Part shown: positions 18,681-27,984 of the stretch, piece after piece
Layout of the letters: every line of letters starts with the position of its first letter
How positions within the stretch are numbered: position 1 is the first letter of the stretch
NCBI RefSeq assembly: GCF_003945235.1
Contig: NZ_RSDW01000001.1
Location: 450,001 to 482,000, forward strand
DNA length: 32,000 bases
DNA from: Edaphobacter aggregans
GTDB lineage: Bacteria > Acidobacteriota > Terriglobia > Terriglobales > Acidobacteriaceae
Reading direction: 5' to 3'
The notes under the pieces: model-generated
Told to the model about the DNA's origin: nothing
The model's input: the letters and a program-made list of their open reading frames with translations, nothing else
Database searches by the model: none
Program-made: the position numbers and the translations under genes

Positions 18681-19604
18681 ATGAAGGTACAAATCGCTGC
18701 TGCTGCTTTTGTTCTTGGATCTGTTCCCGCGCTGGCTCAGATGACGGGAGTTTCGCATCCCGATCCTGCGGTGATTACGACGACCGATGAATCGACTACG
18801 CCTGCTGCTCCGGCTAGTGATGCCACGACGCGACGACCTTTGAACGCGAAGCCCGCGGCGGGAACTCCTGCGACTGCCCCTGCGTCTACGAGCGAGGTTT
18901 ATGGATCTTTTGTGCCGTATACGGGGCCTCTGCTGAAAACGCCTGTGGCTTCGAGCGCGACTGCGGTTGTCGATGACCCTGATGGTCAGATTGTTACGAG
19001 TGTTCCTGAGCGTGAAGGTGAGTTGCGTGAGGGCACGCTGCTTCGGGTGAATATCAAGGAAGGCATTTCGACTGCGAACACGATGCCGGGGGCGAAGTTC
19101 ACGGCTGAGATTGTCGAGGCCGTGTCGAAGGATGGCCGCGTGATTATTCCTGTTGGGGCGATCCTCGATGGGCAGGTGACGGAGGTACGGAGTGGGCGGC
19201 GTGTTCTGGGGGGAGCGGCGCTGCATCTGGAGCCGCGGAGTATCACGCTGCCGGATGGGACTCATTATGTTGTTCACGCGCAGTTGATTGATGCCAGCCG
19301 GGGGAACTTCAATGTGGACTACGAAGGGACGTTGAAGTCGAAGGACCAGATGAAGAAGGCGCTTGCGGTGATGACGCTGACGACGGGCGGCGGCGCTGCT
19401 ACGGGTGCGGTGCTTGGAGGGGGCGTGGGTGCGCTGGTGGGCGCGGGTGTCGGGGCTGGCATCAGCACGTTTATGTGGCTGAAGTCGGATCGGCAGGCTA
19501 CGCTGGATAAGGATGATCGGCTGGTGTTTAGTTTGACTACGCCGATGATTTTGACGCCGATTAGTGATGCGGCGGTTGGGCCTGTGGGTGGGGCAGCGCA
19601 GTAA
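18681..19604 (+). CDS. Secreted hypothetical protein with a Pro/Thr/Ala-rich linker, a beta-rich central domain and a C-terminal glycine-zipper segment
   Basis: Signal peptide MKVQIAAAAFVLGSVPALAQ. GAGGG lies 8 nt upstream of ATG 18681. Glycine zipper: TTGGGAATGAVLGGGVGALVGAGVGAG. A terminator follows downstream. Confidence 0.75.
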   Translation: MKVQIAAAAFVLGSVPALAQMTGVSHPDPAVITTTDESTTPAAPASDATTRRPLNAKPAAGTPATAPASTSEVYGSFVPYTGPLLKTPVASSATAVVDDPDGQIVTSVPEREGELREGTLLRVNIKEGISTANTMPGAKFTAEIVEAVSKDGRVIIPVGAILDGQVTEVRSGRRVLGGAALHLEPRSITLPDGTHYVVHAQLIDASRGNFNVDYEGTLKSKDQMKKALAVMTLTTGGGAATGAVLGGGVGALVGAGVGAGISTFMWLKSDRQATLDKDDRLVFSLTTPMILTPISDAAVGPVGGAAQ

Positions 19605-19627
19605 AGTACGGCCAGTGATGTGGAGAG

Positions 19628-19660
19628 GGGCGGCTCTTGGATGAGCCGCCCTTTTCTTTG
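19628..19660 (+). terminator. Rho-independent terminator of the 18681-19604 gene
   Basis: GGGCGGCTC-ttggat-GAGCCGCCC (9-bp stem) followed by TTTTCTTTG. Confidence 0.8.
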
Positions 19661-19665
19661 CGGTC

Positions 19666-22173
19666 TTAGTCACGGACCTGAGCCAGGAGGCGCTTCCAGT
19701 TTTTTTGGTTGCGGCGGTAGCTTTTTTTAAGGTCTTCAAGGATGCGCTCGAAGTCGGCATGGCCGCTCATGTTGCGCCAGGCTGGATTTTTGCTGAACCA
19801 CGGGTAGTTTTCGTTGCCGAGGTAGATGGCGCGACGGAGCCAATGCAGGGCTTCAGACTCGTCGCCTTCAAGGGCGAAGTAGGTGGCAAGACGGTAGGCC
19901 ATCTCGCTGTCGGCTTCGGCGGCGGAGAGGGTCTCATCGACGATGAAGGTGGCGGCTTTTTCGCGCTCGCCGAGCTGGACGTAGCAGAGGGCGATGGTCG
20001 GGAAGACGATGCGGAGAGATTTCTCGTCGCGGATGACGTTTTCGAGGGTCTCGATGGCTTTAGGGAGATCGCCGGTGCGCATCTGCTGGTAGCCGAGAGA
20101 GATGCGGAGGAGAGGCTGGCGGGGTTCTAGGGTGAGGCCTTTTTCGATCTCGTCGGCGGCGAGTTCCATCTGGTTCTGGTACTGGTAGACGCGGGCGCGG
20201 TGGTTGTAAATCATAGCCGCGTTAGAGGGGTTCATGCGCAGGGATGCGTTGAACTGCTCGAGGGCTTCTTCATACATGCCGTCAATGCGGAGGGTTATGC
20301 CGGCGACCATGCGAACGTTCCAATCGTTGCCGGCGGTCTGGAGGAGGTTTTCGATGCCGTGGCGGGCAGACTCTTTTTCGCCGCGCGAGAGGAGCATGTA
20401 GACGCGGTAGAGATTGGCTTCGACGGAGCCGGGGTCTAGTTGGAGGGACTTGTCGAAGGCGCGGCGGGCTTCGAGGACATGCATCTGGCCTCCGAGGCCG
20501 TGGCGGGTGTATTGCAGGTGCGTGATGCCGAGGCCGGACCAGCCGGGGGCGTAGTTGTCGTTCTGCTTGACGACGGACTCGAAGAGTTCGCGGGCGCGGT
20601 CGAGGTCGTCGCGGCTGCCGGTGCGGGTCATAAACGAGGAGAGGGTGGCCCGGGCCTGGAGATACTCCTCAGAGAGGTCTTCGCTGAGTGAGGGGGAGAG
20701 TGCGGCTGCGCGATTGTTTTCGTGCAGGCCCTGGAGATCGCCGAAGCCCTGGAGGGTGCTGAAGACTTCGTTGCAGATCTCGGTCTGGACGGAGACCAGA
20801 TCGAAAGAGGCTACGTTGATGGAGCCTCCGGCGCGGACGCTTTGGGTGGAGACGTCGAGGAGCTGCCAGTTGAGGTCAAAGCCTTTGTCGGAGCGGAGGA
20901 AGTTACCGGCGAGGACAAAGTTGACGAGGAGTTTTTTGCCGATGCTGAGGGGATCGAGTTGCTGGGTGGCGACGGTCATCAGCGAGCTTGATGGGCGGAC
21001 TACGAGCGATGGCATGCGGGCGAGACGTGCAGCGATGGCATCGGCGAGGGCGTAGCCGTAGAGAGGGGCTACGTCGGCGGGGCCGTAGTTGATGAAGGGG
21101 AGGACGACGATGCTGTCGCTTTGTTTGCTTGCTGCGCTGGTGCCGGATTCGCGAAAGCGTTCGGCAAGCATGGAGAGGATGCCGGTGGTGCGTTTTTCTT
21201 CTTCGGGGGTTTCGAGAGCGAGGCGGCCTTGTGAAGGGAGCAGCGTGAGAGATTCGCCGCCGGGCATGAGGGCGGAGTCGAGCTGCATGGAGCGCATGAT
21301 GGTCTTGAGGGACTCGCGAACGTCTGCGGCGGAGGAGAAGCGGGCGGAGGGCTGCTTTTCGAGGCAGCGAAGGATAACGCTCTCGAGCTCGACGGGAAGG
21401 TGTGGGGCGATCTCGCGGATGGAGGGCGGGTCGGCGAACTGGATGGCGCGGATGGACTGGAAGTCGGGTGCGTCGGGGCGGTGGAACGGGTGGCGGCCGG
21501 TGGCGAGCTCGTAGAGGATGAGGCCGAGGGCGAAGATGTCGGACTGGACGCTGGATTGGCCGGTGACGAACTGCTCGGGAGCCATGTAGGCGATGGTGCC
21601 GCCGCGGGCGGTGTAGGTGGCTCCCGGGGCGGGCATGGCGCGCTTGCTGGCGGGGCCGGAGGGGTCGAAGTCGGCCTGGTCGAGGGCGAGGCGACGGGCG
21701 AGGCCGAAGTCGAGGATCTTGATGAGGCCGCCGTCGGTGAGCATGACGTTGGCTGGCTTGAGGTCGCGGTGGAAGATGCCGAGGGAGTGGGCGGCGGAGA
21801 GACCGTCGGAGATCTGGATGCCGGCGGAGAGGACGAGCTGCAGGCTGGAGGGGCCCTCGGCGATGAGCTTGTCGAGGGACTTGCCGGGGATGTACTGCAT
21901 GACGATGTAGGCTTCTTCGGAGTCGCCGGATTCGGCTGGGGCTTCGCCGACGTCGTAGATGGCGCAGACGTTGGGATGGTCGATGGCGGAGGCGAGACGG
22001 GCCTCGCGGAGCTGGGTGGCGCGCATCTGCTCGATGGTGAGGTTGCCGCGCTTTAGGAGCTTGAGCACGACGGGGCGCTGGAGGAGCGTGTCGTTGGCGA
22101 GATATACGACGCCGCTGCCGCCGGTGCCGATCTTACGGATGAACTCGTATTGCTTGATTACGCGCCGCTTCAT
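19666..22173 (-). CDS. Ser/Thr protein kinase with a central TolB-N-like region and C-terminal TPR repeats
   Basis: Hanks kinase motifs: GTGGSGVVY, VVLKLL, HRDLKPANVM, DFGLA, APEQ. Then ...VVLPFINYGPADVAPLYGYALADAIAARL... followed by repeated TPR-like units to the C-terminus. Confidence 0.9.
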   Translation of the reverse strand: MKRRVIKQYEFIRKIGTGGSGVVYLANDTLLQRPVVLKLLKRGNLTIEQMRATQLREARLASAIDHPNVCAIYDVGEAPAESGDSEEAYIVMQYIPGKSLDKLIAEGPSSLQLVLSAGIQISDGLSAAHSLGIFHRDLKPANVMLTDGGLIKILDFGLARRLALDQADFDPSGPASKRAMPAPGATYTARGGTIAYMAPEQFVTGQSSVQSDIFALGLILYELATGRHPFHRPDAPDFQSIRAIQFADPPSIREIAPHLPVELESVILRCLEKQPSARFSSAADVRESLKTIMRSMQLDSALMPGGESLTLLPSQGRLALETPEEEKRTTGILSMLAERFRESGTSAASKQSDSIVVLPFINYGPADVAPLYGYALADAIAARLARMPSLVVRPSSSLMTVATQQLDPLSIGKKLLVNFVLAGNFLRSDKGFDLNWQLLDVSTQSVRAGGSINVASFDLVSVQTEICNEVFSTLQGFGDLQGLHENNRAAALSPSLSEDLSEEYLQARATLSSFMTRTGSRDDLDRARELFESVVKQNDNYAPGWSGLGITHLQYTRHGLGGQMHVLEARRAFDKSLQLDPGSVEANLYRVYMLLSRGEKESARHGIENLLQTAGNDWNVRMVAGITLRIDGMYEEALEQFNASLRMNPSNAAMIYNHRARVYQYQNQMELAADEIEKGLTLEPRQPLLRISLGYQQMRTGDLPKAIETLENVIRDEKSLRIVFPTIALCYVQLGEREKAATFIVDETLSAAEADSEMAYRLATYFALEGDESEALHWLRRAIYLGNENYPWFSKNPAWRNMSGHADFERILEDLKKSYRRNQKNWKRLLAQVRD

Positions 22174-22252
22174 GATTTCATTATTGCAAGGGCGGGCGTG
22201 GGAAAGATGATTGCGGAGTTATTTGCGTTGGAGGCTGGTTTCGAAGGGGGAA

Positions 22253-22879
22253 TCAACGGCAATGAATCGACTGGATGATCGCGTTGATCTGCGGCTGTGT
22301 GATGGATGCGGACGAGGTCTTGTCGCTCCGGATCCAGAGTTCGATCCGTCGATCCTGTGGATCGAAGAGGTCTAGCTTGACCTTAATCGGAATATTCGGC
22401 GCATCACCTTCTTGAAAACCGCGCATTTCGCCGAAATGAAGCTCATAGAGCGAACCTTCCATCAAAGTTATCTTTTGGCCTAGGAGAAGCATGGTGCGGA
22501 CGTTGTGCTCCCTGGTTGCGAAGATGCTTGCGTCTTGGGGACGGGTATAGGCCGCAGCGCGCATGAAATTGAATTTAGAGGCGAGATTCTCTGCGCCGAT
22601 CAACTGCACGACTTTTTTGCCATTAGGATCGCGCTCAGCCGATTCGCGATAGATTTTGGCTGTATCTGGTTGAAACTCCGGAGCAGAGAACATTACCCAA
22701 GTCTTGTCTGCAAGGGACCTCACCGCAACCATCCGGCCGTCACGATCCTTCTCCACATTGGTCCAAGGAAGCTGGGCGGTGCAGCCGAACCTCTGCCAGG
22801 TTGAGCCGCTGAGAACGGCGATATGGGTGTCAGGGAGCTGTTTAGGAATGTTGCGCAATTGCGGCGAATTGCGCATCAC
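22253..22879 (-). CDS. Hypothetical protein (208 aa), no recognisable domain
   Basis: Long ORF with a GTG/ATG start at 22879/22876. GC is lower and codon endings are mixed, unlike the C-ending minus-strand neighbours. No signal peptide in the called frame. Confidence 0.5.
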   Translation of the reverse strand: MMRNSPQLRNIPKQLPDTHIAVLSGSTWQRFGCTAQLPWTNVEKDRDGRMVAVRSLADKTWVMFSAPEFQPDTAKIYRESAERDPNGKKVVQLIGAENLASKFNFMRAAAYTRPQDASIFATREHNVRTMLLLGQKITLMEGSLYELHFGEMRGFQEGDAPNIPIKVKLDLFDPQDRRIELWIRSDKTSSASITQPQINAIIQSIHCR

Positions 22880-23009
22880 ACTACGGACAAAATACCAAGT
22901 GGAGAGATTAAGAGCCTCGTAGCCGGCGAGAAAGATGAGACAAAGGCAGAATTGAGATGGCGATGATGGGCCTGAGCCAACTGCGATGGATAAAGGGCAT
23001 GGTTGAAGG

Positions 23010-23261
23010 TTAGTGTCGGGGACCTGCGCCTTTTTCCCATGGGCGGGGATTGACGGGGTCGTCTTGCCACTTTTGGCGGCGGCCTACTAGGTACATGACT
23101 AGGCCGAAGACGAACATGATCGCGCCCCAGGTCAGGTTGATGTTGATATCCATCGACTTCTCGTAGATGGCGGAGTGGCGGGTGAAGAAGCCGTAGATGC
23201 TGATGATGCCGCCGGTGATCAGGAAGATGAGGCCGAGGGGGATGCGGATGTCGAGTCCCAT
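23010..23261 (-). CDS. Small two-TM membrane protein (83 aa) downstream of the symporter
   Basis: AAAGGAA lies 7 nt upstream of ATG 23261. TM segments: IPLGLIFLITGGIISIYGFF and LTWGAIMFVFGLVMYLVG. Codons are C-ending like the neighbours. The track ORF start at 23336 is an extension. Confidence 0.65.
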   Translation of the reverse strand: MGLDIRIPLGLIFLITGGIISIYGFFTRHSAIYEKSMDININLTWGAIMFVFGLVMYLVGRRQKWQDDPVNPRPWEKGAGPRH

Positions 23262-23379
23262 GTTTGTTTCCTTTCTGGCTCGGGCGGCGAAACGTACCTC
23301 AGGGGCTAAAGCCCCCTTGTGCCCGGATGTTGTCACGGCACGGCTGAAGCCATGCCCTTAAGCACGCGAAAGCAGGTCG

Positions 23380-25179
23380 TCACGCGAAGACGAGGTTGAG
23401 GACGATGAGCATAGCCAGGACGACGACGGCGAGGGTCGCGGGCTTCTGGTACCAGCTCAGGTCGGTTTCGACTGGCTTCGGGGTTAGTGAGTAGACGAGG
23501 CCGACGAGCTCCGGCTCGGGGCGCGGCTTGGTGACGAGACTGATCGCGATCGTCACGATCAGGTTGACGGAGAAGGCGAATATGGCGGTCCAGAAGTTCT
23601 GCGCCATGTCGCTGGGGTAGTGGTGGACGATGGCGATCCAGCCGCCGTGGATGCCGGGAGAGGCGCCGTCGGGGATGGTGAGTCCGTGGTGGATGAGAGC
23701 GGCGAGGGTTCCGGAGATGAGGCCGGTGAAGGCTGCGTGGCCGGTGGTGCGTTTCCAGAACATGCCGAGGAGGAAGGTCGCGAAGAGAGGCGCGTTGACG
23801 ATGGAGAAGACGAGTTGCAGCGCGTCCATGATGTTATTGAAGTTGGTGACGAGGTAGGCCGCGCCGATGGAGAGGGCTACGCCTCCTATGGTGGCCATGC
23901 GGCCCATCCATAGATAGTGGGAGTCGGTTGCCTTTTTGTTGATATAGGCCTGATAGATGTCGTAGGTCCAGACGGTGTTGAAGGCGGTAACGTTGCCGGC
24001 CATTCCGGACATGAAGCTGGCGAGGAGGGCGGTGAGGCCGAGGCCGAGGACTCCGGTTGGAAAGAAGTGCAGGAGCATGACCGGTATGGCGAGGTCGTAG
24101 TTATAGACAGGGTTGCCGTTGGAGTCGAGGACAGGTTGATTGTTGATGGGGTCGGTCTTCTGCGGGATGATGCCGTGGGGGCGTTGGTCATTGAGGGGAA
24201 TGGTGGGAGCGGTGCTGGCAACGACGGCTGTGGGGCTGGGCGCCATGTGCGACGTCACGCTGACGGCAATGATGCCGGGCAGGATGACGAGGAAGGGGAA
24301 GAACATCTTGGGAAGAGCGGCGATGAGAGGAACGCGTCGAGCGGAGACCTCGGAGTCGGCGGCCATGGCGCGCTGGATCACGAGGAAGTCGGTGCACCAG
24401 TAGCCGAAGGAGAGGACGAAGCCGAGGCCCATGGCGAGACCGATCCATTCGACGCCGAGGGTATTGGTATTGGCGTGGGCCATGCCGCGCCAGGAGTGCG
24501 TCATGTTGGAAGGGAGGGTTTGCTTGATTCCCTGCCATCCGCCTACGTTGCGCAGGCCAATCCAGACGAGAGGAGCAAAGCCCGCGACGATGAGGAAGAA
24601 CTGGAGGACTTCGTTGTAGATGGCGCTGGTGAGGCCGCCGAGGAAGATGTAACCGAGAACGATGATCGCAGAGAGAAAGACCGAGACGTGGAAGATGTAG
24701 GCGTCGGGGATGATGCCATGGAAGAGGCCAAGGGTCTGGATGAGGAGCGCCATCGCGTACATGGAGATGCCGGAGGAGAGCACGGTCATGATGGCGAAGG
24801 AGAATGCGTTGACAGCGCGGGTCTTCTCGTCGAAGCGCAGGCGGAGGTACTCAGGGACGCTTCGGGCTTTCGATCCGTAGTAGAAGGGCATCATGAAGAT
24901 GCCGACGAAGATCATGGCGGGGATGGCGCCGATCCAATAGAAATGACTGGTGATAATGCCGTATTTCGCCCCGGAGGCACCCATGCCGATGACTTCCTGG
25001 GCTCCTAGATTCGCGGAGATGAAGGCGAGGCCGCAGACCCAGGCTGGGATGGAGCGTCCTGCGAGAAAGAAGTCATTGCTGGTGCGCATGTAGCGCTTGA
25101 GGGCAAAACCGATTCCCAGAACGAAGACGAAATAGACCAGCATGATCAGCCAGTCGACGATGGACAGAGACACGGGCAC
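23380..25179 (-). CDS. Sodium:solute symporter (SSS/SGLT) family transporter
   Basis: 599 aa, polytopic. N-terminus ...DWLIMLVYFVFVLGIGFALKRYM..NDFFLAGRSIPAW is typical of SSS TM1. Also contains GAQEVIGMGASG. GTG start at 25179. Substrate unknown. Confidence 0.85.
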   Translation of the reverse strand: MPVSLSIVDWLIMLVYFVFVLGIGFALKRYMRTSNDFFLAGRSIPAWVCGLAFISANLGAQEVIGMGASGAKYGIITSHFYWIGAIPAMIFVGIFMMPFYYGSKARSVPEYLRLRFDEKTRAVNAFSFAIMTVLSSGISMYAMALLIQTLGLFHGIIPDAYIFHVSVFLSAIIVLGYIFLGGLTSAIYNEVLQFFLIVAGFAPLVWIGLRNVGGWQGIKQTLPSNMTHSWRGMAHANTNTLGVEWIGLAMGLGFVLSFGYWCTDFLVIQRAMAADSEVSARRVPLIAALPKMFFPFLVILPGIIAVSVTSHMAPSPTAVVASTAPTIPLNDQRPHGIIPQKTDPINNQPVLDSNGNPVYNYDLAIPVMLLHFFPTGVLGLGLTALLASFMSGMAGNVTAFNTVWTYDIYQAYINKKATDSHYLWMGRMATIGGVALSIGAAYLVTNFNNIMDALQLVFSIVNAPLFATFLLGMFWKRTTGHAAFTGLISGTLAALIHHGLTIPDGASPGIHGGWIAIVHHYPSDMAQNFWTAIFAFSVNLIVTIAISLVTKPRPEPELVGLVYSLTPKPVETDLSWYQKPATLAVVVLAMLIVLNLVFA

Positions 25180-25472
25180 CCTTGGTAGAACATTGGATTG
25201 GGAGTACTTCGGCCAACTCTAAACCGTTTGTTCAGCTCAGTCCAGCGTTTCGGACCAATGAGAAAGGATGTTCGAGATTTTTTCAATGGGGAAAGAAAAC
25301 CCGAAATGATTGGTTCTGCATCGAATGGGTAGTTGTGAACAGGACTTACGTGCAGTAGAACTTGAACGAGCCTTTCTCAGACCAGTCACCGTCGCAGGCT
25401 TCTGTGGCGAACGTGAAAAGGTCTGAATGAAGTACTTGCAGGGTTTTCTTCTCCTTGGAGCTGTCAACGCTG

Positions 25473-25889
25473 ATGACCGATACCCTACTCTTGATCGATG
25501 ACAATGCAGTGCAGGCGGCCACCCGTCAGACAATTCTGAAACGGGCGGGATACTTTGTGATCGCTGCGCTGAATCCGGGTCGTGCGCTAGAACAGTTCAG
25601 GACCGGAGAATGTCTCGACGATGTGCAGTTGGTGATCACAGACCACGTCATGCCAGGGATGAATGGATCGGAGTTTGTTCGTGAGCTGCGGAAGACGCGA
25701 CCGAAGCTTCCTGTGTTGGTGATCAGTGGGATGGAAGAGGCAGAATCAGAGTATGAAGGCATGAATGTGCTGTTTCGGTTGAAACCGCTTCTGCCGGAGA
25801 GCCTGTTGGCGAGCGTGCAGAGTCTGATCCAGGTGGGACGGATAGAGACTGCCGCCGTCGGTGCGGTAAACGATGCTTTATTGCTGTAA
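25473..25889 (+). CDS. Single-domain (CheY-like) response regulator receiver protein
   Basis: Acidic pocket LLLIDDN, phospho-acceptor context LVITDHVMPGMNG, then VLVISG and RLKPL (conserved Lys). No output domain. The track TTG at 25455 is an alternative start. Confidence 0.85.
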   Translation: MTDTLLLIDDNAVQAATRQTILKRAGYFVIAALNPGRALEQFRTGECLDDVQLVITDHVMPGMNGSEFVRELRKTRPKLPVLVISGMEEAESEYEGMNVLFRLKPLLPESLLASVQSLIQVGRIETAAVGAVNDALLL

Positions 25890-25926
25890 TGGGCTGCCCT
25901 TGAGAGAATAAGGGTAGAGGAATCCC

Positions 25927-27984
25927 ATGCAATTGCACCCTATGCCGGAGTTCGGTAGTTTTACGCTGCTTCTGGCTCTGGCTTTGAGTGTCTACACCCT
26001 GGTGGCGGGGGGGCTTGCGCTTTGGCGTGGCAAGACTGTGGATGGGGCGGGACGTCTGGGAGAAACGGCTCGGCGTGCTGGTATCGGCAGCTTTGTTGCC
26101 CTGAGCTGCGCGGCGTTCGCACTGGTGTGGGCCTCGTTCACGAATGATTATTCCGTCTCTTACATCCTGCACCACACGAATAAAGACCTGCATACGGCGT
26201 ACAAGTTTTCGGCGCTTTGGTCAGGCCAAGAGGGGTCGCTGCTGCTTTGGGCGTGGCTGCTGAGTGCGTATGGGTTTGTATTGCGGATACGGCATAGGGT
26301 GGATGTGCGGCTATCGGCGTATGCCTCGACGATCCTGGCTGGGGTTCAGGTTTTCTTTTTGCTATTGCTGAATTTTGCGGCTCCGCCGTTTGCGATTCAG
26401 CCGGGGCCTAAGGCTCTGGATGGCTTCGGGTTAAATCCTCTGCTGCAGTATCCGGAGATGGTGATCCATCCGCCGATGCTTTACCTGGGGTATGTGGGGT
26501 TCGCGGTGCCGTTTGCGTTTGCTCTGGGCGCGCTGATGATGCGGTATCCGGGGGAGAAGTGGATCCACATTACGCGTCGGTGGACGATGGTGACGTGGCT
26601 GTTTTTGACGTGCGGAATTTTTCTAGGCGCGCACTGGGCTTATAGCGTGCTCGGATGGGGCGGGTACTGGGGGTGGGATCCGGTTGAGAATGCGAGCCTG
26701 ATGCCCTGGCTGACGGGGACGGCTTTCTTGCACTCGGTGATGATGCAGGAGAAGCGCGGGATGATGAAGAGCTGGAATGTGTGGCTCATCTTCTCAACGT
26801 TTTTGCTGACGATTCTTGGGACGCTGCTGACACGGTCGGGGATTGTGAGCTCGGTGCATGCGTTTGCTCAGTCTTCGATTGGAAGCTGGTTCTATGGGTT
26901 CATCCTGATTATGTTTGCGGTGTGCCTGTTTACTTTCTTCAAGCAGAAGGATCATTTGAAGTCGGAGAATAAGCTCGAGTCGCTGGTAAGCCGCGAGTCC
27001 AGTTTTCTGTTCAATAATCTCGTCCTGCTGGCGGCTTGCTTTACAGTTTTGTGGGGCACGCTCTTCCCTGTTTTGAGCGAGTATGTGCAGGGATCGAAGG
27101 TTACGGTGGGAGCTCCGTTCTATAACCGGGTGAACCTTCCGATTGGCTTGTTTCTGCTGTTTCTGACGGGCGTTGGGCCGCTGCTGGCTTGGCGGTCTAC
27201 TTCGCTGCGGTCGATCCGGCGGAACTTCGTGTTACCGGGGATTGCGATGGGCGTGGCGCTGGTGGGGCTGATTACGTCAGGTATCCATCCGTGGAGCGCT
27301 GGCGACGATATGCAGGCGGAAATCTTTTCGCTGATTACCTTTTCGCTGGCAGCGGGTGTGATTACGGCGATTGCCTCGGAGTTTTTGCGTGGGGCTGCGG
27401 TGGTACGGACGCAGACGGGGAAGAATCTGTTTGCTTCGATGATTTTGCTGGTGCGTAAGAATACTCGGCGGTATGGCGGGTACATTGTGCACTTCGGCAT
27501 TGTGGTGATGTTTATCGGGATTGCAGGTGGCGCATTCAATCAATCGCGCGAGCAGGAGATGGGCTTCGGCGATGAGATGAGGATAGGGCCGTACCGGCTG
27601 GTTTGTCAGAGCTTCACGCAGGACTCGAATCCTAACTTCGATACGGAGTATGCGCTGCTCGATGTCTATAAGGGCAATAAGAAGATTACGCAGCTTGCTC
27701 CGGAGAAGCGGTTCTATACGGCGAGTCAGCAGAATTCGACCATCGTGGCGAACCACTCGACGTTGCAGCGCGATCTTTATGTGATTTATGAGGGAAAGAA
27801 TCCGGATACAGACAAGCCGATTATCAAGGTGTTTTTGAATCCGCTGATGAACTGGATCTGGATTGGCGTGTTGATTGTCGTGATTGGGACGTTTGTGGCC
27901 CTGGTGCCTAATCTGACGCGAAGTACGGTTCGGGCGCGTGTAGAAGATGAAGCGCCCGTGGTGGAAGAGGTTCATCATGCTTAA
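25927..27984 (+). CDS. ccmF: Cytochrome c-type biogenesis protein CcmF (System I heme lyase subunit; NrfE-like alternative cannot be excluded)
   Basis: WWD-type motif WGGYWGWDPVENASLMPWL. Polytopic, 685 aa. N-terminus MPEFGSF.LLLALALSVY resembles CcmF. GAGGAA lies 4 nt upstream. Confidence 0.92.
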   Translation: MQLHPMPEFGSFTLLLALALSVYTLVAGGLALWRGKTVDGAGRLGETARRAGIGSFVALSCAAFALVWASFTNDYSVSYILHHTNKDLHTAYKFSALWSGQEGSLLLWAWLLSAYGFVLRIRHRVDVRLSAYASTILAGVQVFFLLLLNFAAPPFAIQPGPKALDGFGLNPLLQYPEMVIHPPMLYLGYVGFAVPFAFALGALMMRYPGEKWIHITRRWTMVTWLFLTCGIFLGAHWAYSVLGWGGYWGWDPVENASLMPWLTGTAFLHSVMMQEKRGMMKSWNVWLIFSTFLLTILGTLLTRSGIVSSVHAFAQSSIGSWFYGFILIMFAVCLFTFFKQKDHLKSENKLESLVSRESSFLFNNLVLLAACFTVLWGTLFPVLSEYVQGSKVTVGAPFYNRVNLPIGLFLLFLTGVGPLLAWRSTSLRSIRRNFVLPGIAMGVALVGLITSGIHPWSAGDDMQAEIFSLITFSLAAGVITAIASEFLRGAAVVRTQTGKNLFASMILLVRKNTRRYGGYIVHFGIVVMFIGIAGGAFNQSREQEMGFGDEMRIGPYRLVCQSFTQDSNPNFDTEYALLDVYKGNKKITQLAPEKRFYTASQQNSTIVANHSTLQRDLYVIYEGKNPDTDKPIIKVFLNPLMNWIWIGVLIVVIGTFVALVPNLTRSTVRARVEDEAPVVEEVHHA

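Noticed and set aside
23262-23379. Small hairpins between the symporter and the 83-aa gene: GGGGC-taaa-GCCCC at ~23300-23315 and ggcacggctgaagccatgcc at ~23337-23356.
   Set aside because: They look like further copies of short dispersed hairpin repeats. Minus-strand translations read like LKGMASAVP, a pattern I associate with acidobacterial repeats. They are too short and degenerate to annotate as features or to interpret functionally.
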